DNA from: Vicugna vicugna
Lineage: Eukaryota
Assembly (NCBI GenBank): GCA_013265495.1
Contig: MU058451.1
Coordinates: forward strand, 62,001 to 126,000
Length of the DNA: 64,000 nt
Direction of reading: 5' to 3'
The notes beneath the pieces are model-generated. The model worked only from the letters and a program-made list of their open reading frames with translations. It was not told the DNA's origin and did no database searches. The stretch's first letter is position 1; each line of letters opens with the position of its first letter. The position numbers and the translations under genes are program-made. Positions 38,846 through 49,728 of this stretch are shown here, piece by piece.

Positions 38846-39511
38846 AAAAAACTGTCATGTATGCAAGCACGCAGACGTTCTAGTGATGTCAGTCACATAT
38901 TGCTCCCTTTTCCAATATGAAATTTAATGGGGGTTCTTATTCTAAGAGGCATTTTAAAAATCAACAAATCAATCTCTAGTAAGAAGCCTTTTGCATGAGT
39001 ACCTAATGTTTGCTCAGGGGCACCGCAGGGAAACCTAACTAGAAATGTGTACCAGATGATTGATGAAAAAATGGTCAAGATCACAAATTCTCTCAAAACT
39101 TCTGCCCCAAGCCCCCAAAAAGACTTCATTATAATCTCCACCAAACTACTTCAAATGAAAGTTTAGCAACTCTGTCTTTTAGGCAAAATATTTTCAGTAA
39201 TTTGGAATTTCTTGTTCCATAAACTAAATTGGTCAGTAAGACAGAAGAATGAATGTTTTCCAGTATAGGGGTTGTGATTTTAAAAATGGGAAAGGAAAAA
39301 GGAAAATGTCTCAAATGAAGAGACATTTCCCAAAACAAAGGGAAAAGAAAGATACAATTTGGAATTTGAGAGAATATGCCAAAAACACTGCATAGCAAAT
39401 CACAGAAAGTTATTCAAGCACCTGTCATAAAGCCAGACCACCTAACTCCTCTTGTGCAAAGACAAGTGCTGCTGAGTATGGGAAGTACACTAACAGAAAT
39501 AGAACGATCTT

Positions 39512-39647
39512 TTTGTGTGTGTGGTGGGGGAGGATGGTAATTAGGTTTATTTATTGTTTGTTTGTTTTAATGGAGGCACTGAGGATTGAACCCAGGACCT
39601 CATGCATGCTAAGTATGTATCCTACCACTGAGCTATACCCTACCCCC
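39512..39647 (-). mobile_element. Vic-1-like SINE
   Basis: Reverse copy. Confidence 0.88.
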
Positions 39648-39764
39648 ATCAGCTCTTTTAATAATACAGTAAAAAGAAATATCCATTTGACTGAATTGGA
39701 AGAATGCAGATGATTTTATCCTATTTATAGCTTGAGTTGATAGATGTGAATATATTTTTTGGCC

Positions 39765-39860
39765 TGAATGACTGAAAAATTGTGCTGAACACTGGAATTT
39801 GACACAACACTGTAAAATGATTATAAATCAATAAAAAAATGTAAAAAATATATATATATA
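39765..39860 (+). mobile_element. Very short 3' end of the same young L1 family
   Basis: tgaatgactgaaaaattgtgctgaacactggaatttgacacaac... shared with the 16172 and 30161 elements; flanked by tttttggcc repeats. Confidence 0.85.
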
Positions 39861-40269
39861 ATTTTTGGCCTGTTTATAGACACACTTCTAATCGACTTAT
39901 AATTATTGTCTAAATTTCACTTGATGTCCATGTTGGACATTATAAAATCATAAAAGGGGACCCAAATGTGGATTTTTATGTATGATTTTTCACTTGTGAA
40001 AACTCAAATCAGCATGGGATTCAAAACTAAAAACAGTAACAAACATGTAAAAGTGAGCTTATCAAAACAAGCATTGTTCAGTCCAGTTAAACTGTCCTAG
40101 AATTCTGGGTATCACAGCTCCCCCTTCCACCCAAAGGACTTCAGCCACCAGTGCACTGCCCTGCCTCTCAGACCCCCTCACTGACCCTCCCTCGGAGAAT
40201 GGAGGTTCCAGGTAAAATCCAGAACAGAGCTATCTGAACAGAAAGCAAAAAAAGAACAAAATTCTATTA

Positions 40270-41100
40270 ACACCATTTGGGAACTGCTCACAAAAATGGC
40301 AGAAATCAGTATCAGACTCAATGTTTTTTCTCTCTCATTTAAAAGTGTAATAAAAGATGAAAGCAAAATAATAAAAGGGGAAAAAAAGGAAATAAAGAAT
40401 GGGAAAAATAGACCTATCAGGAAGATACTCATAAAAAGAAAGCAGATATAGTAATAATATTATCAAATTCAGAACCAAGGCTAAAAGTAATAAAAGGGAC
40501 AAGAGGAATATTTTATATTCATAAAAGGTGTGTGATCCACCACTAATATGTAACGGCCAGAAACCTTTATGTGCCTAGTAACACAGATTCAAAATATATA
40601 AAAGTAAAACCTGATAGCAAAGAGTTATTGACAACCCATAACATAGTGGGAGATTTTGAGCTATCACTCAAAAATCAACAGATCAAATACATACAAAAAA
40701 ATACAGACGCAAATTATTAAAAAACACAATTCAACTAACAGAGTTGAATTCATAGACACAGATTTTTTTCACCCAACAACAACAACAACAAAAATACACA
40801 TTCTTTTCAGACACTCATGGAATATTTCCGAATATGAGCCATATATTAATTAGGCCAGTGAAAAAATTCAATGAACTCAAATTAGAAATTTACGCAAGCC
40901 ACAATCATGGGCCATAATATACTAAAATTGGGTCAACCAAAAGGTGTACCTCTTCAAAAAAACTCTTTTTGGAATTTTAACCTGCTGTTCCCAAAAGGTA
41001 TTTTCAAGGAGGAAATTGTAAACTAGCCTAAAATTAAGAATGTGGTGAAAGTAATATTCAGAGGAAACATCATAGGCTTAGATGACTTTATTAGGAAAAA
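40270..41100 (+). mobile_element. Old L1 ORF2 endonuclease-region relic
   Basis: A-rich; ataacatagtgggagatttt, cacattcttttcag. Resumes after about 41395. Confidence 0.65.
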
Positions 41101-41104
41101 GTAT

Positions 41105-41395
41105 GCCAAATACCTTCCAATGACCTTTCCATAGTCACTACGGCCTTCTCCATGCTGCTTGGACAAGGAGAAAACGGCCCTGTGGACATACCAGAGAGCT
41201 CTCCACCTCCAGTGTTGCTGGCACTGGCAGGTGTCAGGACAGAGGTGCGGGAGATCGCCCAGATCCCCCCTCAGGGGTCACTACATTTCTCTCTCCTCAG
41301 GCCTCGGAAGGTATATGTGCTCACACCTTTGTAAGGACTTTTTTCCAACAAACTCTTCCAACAATCCTGTTTCCTGCGAGAACTTTGCTAATACA
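41105..41395 (+). mobile_element. Possible ERVL-type LTR fragment inserted in L1
   Basis: GC-richer interruption ending tgtttcctgcgagaactttgctaataca, similar to ERVL/MLT2 LTR termini. Confidence 0.35.
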
Positions 41396-41503
41396 AGACT
41401 TAAAGTAAACAGGACTTCAACTCAAGAAACCAGGAGAAAGAACTACACAACATACTTTTAAAAATGTAGGAACACCAATGAATAAAGATAAACAGCAGCC
41501 CTG

Positions 41504-42394
41504 GCAGTGTGCTGGGCGGCCCCATGGGTCTGTCTGCTGCTTCAACAGTATTTGGACAGAACAGACACAGGGACGCCCCAGCTCCGGCCTCCGACCGCCC
41601 TCCAACCGTTTTTCCAGTCACAACCTGCAGAACCAACCACTCTGCTACCTTCAACCTGCAAGACCAGCCAACACCATCTTTTAACCTTAGCTCCTTATAC
41701 TCAGCAACCATGAGCTCCCAAATTATTCAGAATTTTTCCACCAGGTGGTGGCCACCGTCAACCTCAGGGCCCACATGCATCTGCGGGCCCCTTGTACTTA
41801 CCACTCTCTGGGCTTCTTTTTCCACCAGGGCGATGTGGCTCCGGAGGGCGCAGGCCACTTTTCCTGCCAGTTGGCCGAGGAGAAGCGCCAGGGCGCCCGG
41901 CACCTCTGGAAAACGCAAGCCAGCATGGTGGCCGCGCCCTCTTCCAGAACGTGCAGAAGCCGTCCAGAGACGTGAAACCCAGGCCATGCTCACGGAGAAG
42001 AAGCCGAATCAGATCCTCTTGGATGTGCATGCCCTGGGTTCTGCCCGGGCAGACCCCCACCGCTGTGACTTCCTGCAGAGCCACTTCCTGGATGAGGAGG
42101 TAAAACCCACCAGGAAGATGGACGACCACCTGAGTGAACTGCGCAGGCTGGCTGGCAAGCAGGCCGGCTGGAGCCCAAGCTCGGCCGCGCGAGCCCCGCT
42201 CCCAAAGGCTCCCCAACAAGCACCGCTAGGAGCCTCCGGAATCCAGAAGTCTTTGAGGGGCTCCTCTGGGGTCAGGGCTTCCGTCTGAAGCCTCTCTCTG
42301 CAGCCACTAGGCAGCTTCTGAACCGCCCTGGAGTCCTCGCCCAAGCCTGGAACCAAATGGAAACAATTAAGCTTTTTGCAGGAGGAAAGAAAAG
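41504..42394 (+). pseudogene. FTL: Processed pseudogene of ferritin light chain, copy B
   Basis: Same sequence and lesions as copy A at an offset of 8182 nt. Confidence 0.92.
41529..41565 (+). promoter_or_regulatory. Degenerate iron-responsive element of FTL pseudogene B
   Basis: Identical to 33347-33383. Confidence 0.85.
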
Positions 42395-43333
42395 ATGCAA
42401 ACAAACACTTCATACAGGAAGCTTGAAAGCTACTAGAGTTGATCAATAAAACAAAAGACCAGTAAAGGGAAAAGTTTAAATCTGGAATAAAAAAAAAAGA
42501 ATTAAGTGAATGACAATGAAGGAGGAACAGGAATAACATCCTGAACAGAAAACAGACACAAAGCAGATAGCAGGGAGCTTTTTAAAATGAGAAGAGAATG
42601 GTTGATGCAACCTTACACATTTAAGAGTAAAGTAAGCCCTAGACCTTTCTTTTTTAAATGCTTATTGAAAACAAAATAATATGATTTTTTGAACATGATT
42701 TTCAAAGTCACATAGCATTAACAGTACTGTAACAGTTATCAATCACCTGGTTTTGACTATGGTCTATGGTTATGGAAGACGTTATCATTGGGGGAAATGG
42801 GATGAATATATATGGGAACACTGTACCATTTTTACAACTTTTTGTTCGGTTTAGAATATTTCAAAATAAAAACTTTTGAAACTCTCATAGTTTTACAAAG
42901 TTTGTAGCAGATCCTCCCCCTAGCCTTCCCCATTGTTGATTCCTATTCTCACCAAGGAAACTATAAATAATAGCTACCCCCAAATTTCTAGATAACCCTT
43001 TCTGGGAAAGGGTGCCTATGAGGTAAAATTGGGGGGAGGAGGAACCTGTAATCCATTATTGGATTTGGGGGCTCCTAGATTCAACTTTTAATTTTCTTCT
43101 TTCTCATTTTCCACATATTTGTCATCTTGTTCTACTTTCTAGGTAATTTCCTCAACTTCATCTTCTCCTCTTCCAACTGTTCTATTTTTTTTCCTATCAT
43201 ATTTTTAATTTCCAAGAGTTTCTTGTCCTCTGGGTTCCTGTTGAGAGCCCCCTGTCCTTGTTCCATGAAAGATCTTCTAGTGTGTTTCTGAAGGTCTGAG
43301 GTTTTTCACAGTCTATACGTTGTCTGTTTCCTC

Positions 43334-43340
<7 letters not shown>

Positions 43341-43373
<33 letters not shown>
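43341..43373 (+). repeat. Poly-T tract
   Basis: About 33 T. Confidence 0.9.
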
Positions 43374-43375
<2 letters not shown>

Positions 43376-46011
43376 TACCTCTGTCTGGCAGCCCGAAGGC
43401 TTTTTCCCACATCAGTGATCCTTGTTCGGTATGTAGATGTTCAGTGTGGCATGCTTTGCCCACCTGAGGCTGGGCCTGGATGCGCAGGTTGGAGGATAAG
43501 ATCTGAGGGTCTAATTGTTCCTTGTAAAACCTGCAACCAATTCTCCTAACTTCACCCCCATCCTATACTCCCATTCACAGAAGAACTTCATGTCTCTCTG
43601 ATTTGAAGTCCTGTGGCTTGTGGTGGGAGCCAACTTGGTCCTTGTCATGTTTCCTCTCCACCTCTGGGGCGGGGTGGGGGGGTCAGCTCTCTCAGCACCA
43701 CTAAATCAGTTAATACTTGGCCATCTGCTTTCCAGCTTCCAACATTTTGTCAAAATATCTTGTCCATTATGATTTCTTTTCCCTTTGTTCTTATAGTTTT
43801 CTGCCTCTTTTTTCCCCCTTTTAGTATCATTGTAGTAGGGATTTATGAGGCAGCAGATACAAACATCTGTTTTCAAACTGCCATGTTTCTCTTGGACCTT
43901 CCAAACCAAGCAATTAAAAAGAAAGCAGACATTTCTTTCTCAATTTACTTTTTTGTGCTAGCATATATAGTAATTCCCAATCTTTTTTATGTCCAGAAAT
44001 TTGACAATAAAAGGAAAAAGAAAACTTTAGATTTTGTACACTGCTTGGCTTTTCTGTTTTGTTTTGTTTTGTTTTGTAAACAGAGTTTATTCTTAGCACT
44101 TTCAATAAAGCCACACCACAATTTGTACAGTTGCACATGGGTCTAAATGCACTCCCTCTCCTCTGAGGATGTGCCTCCATGCTTGGCTTTTTTTTTTTTC
44201 TTTCATGTTTTCCCTCATAGTGAGTCAATCTTTCTAGAATGATGGCTTTTTCTTAAATATTGTCTTTTCACATCTCCAAGTCTGTTCACACTCCTTCCCT
44301 TCCATGAAGCTTTACTTCATTCTGACTGCATCTTGTCTCAGTCCTTCTAATTCACCCTGGCTCACTCATTTTATGTTGGATGCATAGTTCATGCTTCTCA
44401 AACATCTGGTATATCCTTCCATGACTCCCACACCTTCACTTCTGATGGACTGAAAACCACCAGAGAGGTTATCTGTTTTAACAAATCCATTCAGCGGTAG
44501 ATTTCCCAAGGATTTCTGTTTTCTAATTTTGTAGGGAAAAGTCAGAACCAGCTTCCCAGAGGAGCAGAAAACTAAGCTGAGACTTAAAGAAGGTGGCATT
44601 TAACCAGGTGAAACAGTGATCCAGGGAGAGGAAGTAATCTATCCATGTGTCTCCTCACCTCACCCCCCAGCACTCAGGACATTCTCATTAACGATGGTTC
44701 AAATGGCAGTCAGCATGAGGCAGCCTATTGCCATGCACACAACTGCTGCTGTTTACTCCCAGCTCTCTCTTGCCCAAACAATAGTATACAAGTAGGCAGG
44801 TTATATATTAAATACACGTATATTCAGCATATAAAAATATATGCACATTCATCTGTTAGGGAACCAATATAGGAAGTGTTAAGTAGCAAAGGACATATAT
44901 AGTGTAGTCAGACTCAGGGAGAAGGAATAATGGAAAAACTTCATAATGTGCCAGATGAGTGGCTGCATCAAGCTTGCACTTCAGGCTTTACCCATTCACT
45001 CTCTCCCTAAGCAGCCTGCAAAACACAACCACAAAGATGGGGGAAGGGACAGGGCAGAGGGGAAGGCTGCCTGCCCCCTCTAATGCCTTCCTTCAGCCCT
45101 ATCCCAACAAGAACCTCTCTCTCAGGTCTGGACCCTGCACAAAGAAAAAGACCACCAAAAGAAACCAGGATGACTCGCCCCTTTTTCTAGCCTGGCCACG
45201 TGTCTGGGCATTCTTCGGAAGCTGGACCTATGGAACCCCACGCATGGACCTTGGAAGATCTGTCTTGGCGGTGGGCATGTCCAGAGCCTCACATGTCACA
45301 GGGCCTGAACAGAGAACAGGCCTGGGCCTGGGACTGGCACTGGATAACTTCCCTGAGTTGAGCCGCCACTACTGCCAACGCCCACAGTTCTGCTGCGAGG
45401 ACCGAGCTACCATGCATGCTGCATCTTGCTGGCACCAGGCCAAAGTTTCCGGAGTATATAGGGGCCAAAAACGCTAAGAGCCAATGGCTGAAACTGAGAT
45501 GAGTGACAGTCACCCCAGGAAGAGGCTTTTGCTATAGACAGCACAGCCCATAGGGGCTGGAATCAGCCTGGAAATGCCAGGACCCCGGGCCACCCCTAGA
45601 AGCTGCTGAAAATTTAGGCTTAAAACAGAGTGGAACCTGGGAAGGAAAGGAATCCAGGCCTTACTCCTGGCTCACAGAGCCCCTTCGATGATGCTCTGGC
45701 CTGGAGCCTGAGACACCCCAGAGGGTCCCTGTCTGTGCAGACTTCTCTGGGATGAGCCTTGGGGGGGGGTCCCTATGGTGCAGACATTCCTTATTATTTT
45801 TCCTTTCCTGAATTACAATTATGTCATGCAATCAATAACACCTTAAGGAACTTTTAGATCTACTCAGAATTGTCATCATTCTTATTTCAATTGTACGCAA
45901 TGATTAAAACCTATTTCCTTCTTAAAAAAGAAACCAGTCTCCCCATCTCAGTGTGCAGGTAGAGAGTCCTGAATTAGACCCTTTCTTCAAACGGCGGGTC
46001 TCTAGCTGCAG

Positions 46012-46177
46012 CCTGGAAGCCTCCCCAAAGTTAGGTGAGAGCCGGCCCAGCCTCCAGGATTAGCCCAGCCTGGAGGTCTCCCCAAAGTTAGGTGAGAGCC
46101 GGCCCAGCCTCCAGGATTAGCCCAGCCTGGAGGTCTCCCCAAAGTTAGGTGAGAGCCGGCCTAGCCTCCAGGATTAG
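46012..46177 (+). repeat. 57-bp tandem repeat, about 2.9 copies
   Basis: Unit ctccccaaagttaggtgagagccggcccagcctccaggattagcccagcctggaggt starting at 46021, 46078 and 46135. Confidence 0.95.
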
Positions 46178-46870
46178 GGCGGTGAGCTGGGCGAGCCAGG
46201 GTTCAGCCTGGAGCCGGTTTCGATGCTCCGGGATGCCCGGGACCGCTTGGGGAGCAGGGAGCGAATCCTTACCTTGGTTTCTGTCTGCCGCCACGCTCCT
46301 CGCTCGACCCGCTCTTCGGCCCAAGGCCAGCCTTGGTGGCGGCTGGGCTTCCCACTCGCCCGGGAGTGAGGGCGGCGGGNNNNNNNNNNNNNNNNNNNNN
46401 NNNNNNNNNNNNNNNNNNNNNNNNNNNNNNNNNNNNNNNNNNNNNNNNNNNNNNNNNNNNNNNNNNNNNNNNNNNNNNNNNNNNNNNNNNNNNNNNNNNN
46501 NNNNNNNNNNNNNNNNNNNNNNNNNNNNNNNNNNNNNNNNNNNNNNNNNNNNNNNNNNNNNNNNNNNNNNNNNNNNNNNNNNNNNNNNNNNNNNNNNAGT
46601 GAGGGCGGCGGGGGCGGCGGGGGCGGGGGCGGCGGCGGCGGCGGCGGCGGCGGCTACGGTGGCTGCGATGGCTTCGGCGGCTGCGGGTGGAGGGGAGGAG
46701 GAAGAGGTCCGGTATGCGGTTAGGGAGGGAGACAAGAAAGAAGGAAAGGGGAGACTGCGGTTCCCCCATGGCCAGCAGCTCAGAGGAGGGACACCTGCGT
46801 CAAGGCATTGTCATGACCGCCACCCCTGCCACACCCACCCCCGGGGATGGGGCGGGGCAGGGCCCTGGAG
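46150..46870. promoter_or_regulatory. CpG island with (GGC)9 repeat, interrupted by a gap
   Basis: Very high GC and CpG density; GGC run 46628-46654; GC boxes. Confidence 0.85.
46380..46597. other. Assembly gap (218 N)
   Basis: N run; the same 15-mer agtgagggcggcggg flanks both sides. Confidence 0.99.
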
Positions 46871-49575
46871 GTCACCTGGGAGGGACATCCATCCATGAAC
46901 TGGGTCTGGATCACGCTTGTGCCTCTTCCCCTCCAGAACTTCCAGCCTCACTCCGGATATCTGGTCTCTTGGCCAGGTCAGTCCGGCGAAATCTGGGTCA
47001 ACCTCTTCATTTGACAGGGAAACTGAAGCCCAGTGGAGTGACAGGCCGGCCTGTCCTGGATGTAAAGAAAGCCCTGAAAGAATTTAAATAAGGCCTGAGA
47101 TGGGGGTTTCCTATCTAATTTCCTGCTGCCTAACTACAAATGTCTGGAAAACTTCTTTCTACTGGTCTTGAGAAACTGCATATAAGCTCTGTACAGATAC
47201 CTGCCTGTGGTATATAGAGTTTGGATTCTTTTTGGCTCAGCATTGCATTGTGAGCTCTTCCCAAAGTCCCGCAGTAGGTTTGTAGAAAGAATGGCAAACA
47301 TTCTTTGGAAAACCTCAATGTTAATTAGCCACCCAACACTGTGTTGAGCCCACATGCGAGAAACCCTGTGGCTGAATGTTTCTGTTACTGTTTTTCAGTG
47401 TCAAAAACAGTGCTGCTAAGAACATGCCTGTCCATAAATCTTTGCATTTTTAAGTCTCTATAGAATGGATTTCTAAAACTGGAAGTAATCAGATTAAAGG
47501 CCACTGACCTTTTCAAATAAGGCTTTTGCTGCACAGTGCCTAATTGCCTTCTAAAAGAGCTGTGCCAGACTGTAAGTGTACTGAGCAGGAGAGTGCCCAT
47601 TGGCTTTGATTACCCAGGAGGTTGAGCATTTGTTGTGAATGCACAAAAGTGACAAGGTGGAGATGCAGCCAGAAGGTGGCCATATGGGATCGTGCAGAGG
47701 CATCCCAGGGTAGTGCACCTTCTTTAAGTGGATCTTGAACCCACTGTACTTGGCCTCTTTAGCACCTGGGACCATTCGTGTTGTTGACTAAATGAATACA
47801 TTCCACAGTCCCACCTTACCTCCCATCCCTCACCCCCATAGGTCCCACCTGGTTGCTCTGAGCAGTCATCTCTCTGCCTGCTAGCACAAGACAGAAGCCT
47901 TTCAATATCCCCCATCCTCATCTTCACACCTGCTGTGCTTTCCCACTTGCCCTTCCCCCCCCCCCCCCGGGGGGGGGGGGAATTAGGTTTATTTATTTAG
48001 TCTTGGGGATCCCACTTGGTCTTTACCTCTGTCCTGGCCCTCCCCTGTCCACGCTGTTATATACCCTGGGTGGCTTAACACTTTGGTTCTACAGTAATGA
48101 CAATAAAGCGGAGGCCAGATCTCATCTTTCATACATTCATTCATTTATTCATTCAATAAATATTTATCCAGCCTTCTGTTCTAACGGGGTCTTATGCTTA
48201 TTGGGAACACAGAAGCAAATGATACTGATACTAGGATCTGACATTTACTGAACACACACTAAATGTCTTACAGCACATGATGGATGAGGTTAGGTGCACG
48301 ATTTTACTTACTCCTTATACAGCCCAGTCAGGTGAGCACTATTGTTCCCCTCATGTTACAGATAAAGGAACAGATGCCTACAGAAACTAAAGGTCACACA
48401 ACTGGTTACATGGTGGAGTCTCAATCCAAATCCAGGCAGCCAGCACCCAAAGCTAGATTCCAGAAGGGTGAGGAGTGTTCCAGGCAGAAGGGACACAACT
48501 GGCAAAGGCCCCGAGGCAGAGAGTAGTTTGGCTTGTTTAAGAAACTGCCAGAAGGCTAGGGTGGCCAGAGCTGAGGGGAGTGTTTCAGGAAGGACTGGAG
48601 AGCTTGTAGGTTAAGGTTAAAGATTTTGGACTATACGTGAGAGACAATGGATTTGTGTTTTGAAAGGATGCCTCAGGCTAGGAAGGAAAGGACCCAGGGA
48701 GGGGCAAGAGGAAAGGCAACAGCTACTGCATCGGTGGGGTGGAGAGGATGGGCCTTGGGCTCCTGAGATGAAATGTGTGAACTGGAACTGAGGTGTGACA
48801 ACCAGCTTCCTGGGATGGGAGGTGGTGGGACCATTCCCAAGATAGGGATCCAGTGAGTGGTCAGTTTTGCAGGAAAGAGTTTAAGTTTAGTTTTAGATGT
48901 GGGTAAAACCAGTTGTCTCCGAGACACAGAAATTCTGAGCAGGGAGTCAGGTCAGAAAGTGGGAACTGGGAAGGTCGAGGTGGCAGTGGAGCCAGTGCTG
49001 GGTGTACAGGAGACTGCGGGGACAGAGTGTGTAGTGGGATGGGATTGCAGGTTCCCAACGTGGACAGGTGAAGTACAGGAAAAAGGCCTGTAAAGGTTCC
49101 AGAAGAAAAGGGGTGTGGAAGGTCAGCAGAGGGGTGCGAGTTTCAAATGCAGACCCACAGCCAGTGGAAGTTAGACTGTCCACGGGGGTCTGTGATGGAA
49201 GTCAGGCCTAGATGTAAATTTACCTCTCTTGGGGCTCATGGGGCTGACCCTCCATCCTCCTGTTCCAATTCTGTTCCAGCAGAACATAATTCTGAAGTGA
49301 CTTTTAGGGCTTTTCTTTGTGGTTTGTTTCAGATTTTCATATTTATTCTCACCTAACAAAAAAAAGAGGGCATCATTTAATGAAAGAACACTTACATGTC
49401 CCTGGGTCTCTTGTCATTACTCATAGTTTCCGCTATGTGTGCGGTTTAGCCACAACAAGTGAATGCAATTGAATATTTTAAAATCTCTGCAGAACTGCAC
49501 TAACAAAAATAATGAAACAAGTTCTGAGCCCTAATCTTTAGAAAACATCAACCTGCAAGTCCCAATCCTTTTCTT

Positions 49576-49728
49576 TTTTCCTTTTTTTTTTTTTTTGAGT
49601 AAAGGTAGCTTTATTGAAAGGCAAGGGAAAGGCCACAATGTGTGGGGATTGGGTACTCAGATTAAAAGCAGGTACACACTCCATAGACAGAGTGCAGGCC
49701 GTCTCCAAAAAGAGACAGAGAGAGAGGC
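49576..49728 (-). mobile_element. Polyadenylated retroposed fragment, possibly ERV-LTR-derived
   Basis: Poly-T and tttatt on + strand; TSD cccaatccttttctt (49561-75) / cccagtccttttctt (49729-43). Confidence 0.7.

Larger units (their letters stand above)
41480..43217 (+). repeat. 1.74-kb direct repeat, copy B
   Basis: Near-identical to 33298-35034. Confidence 0.95.

Noticed and set aside
44959..45477. 172-aa ORF, or partner exon for the CpG-island exon
   Set aside because: No domain similarity; minus-strand continuation from the acceptor near 45474 hits stops in both relevant phases.
46012..46177. CRISPR-like array
   Set aside because: Head-to-tail repeats without unique spacers, no cas genes, mammalian DNA.
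46149..46898. 249-aa plus-strand poly-Ala ORF
   Set aside because: Length inflated by Ns, GTG start, low complexity; splice signals favour the minus strand.
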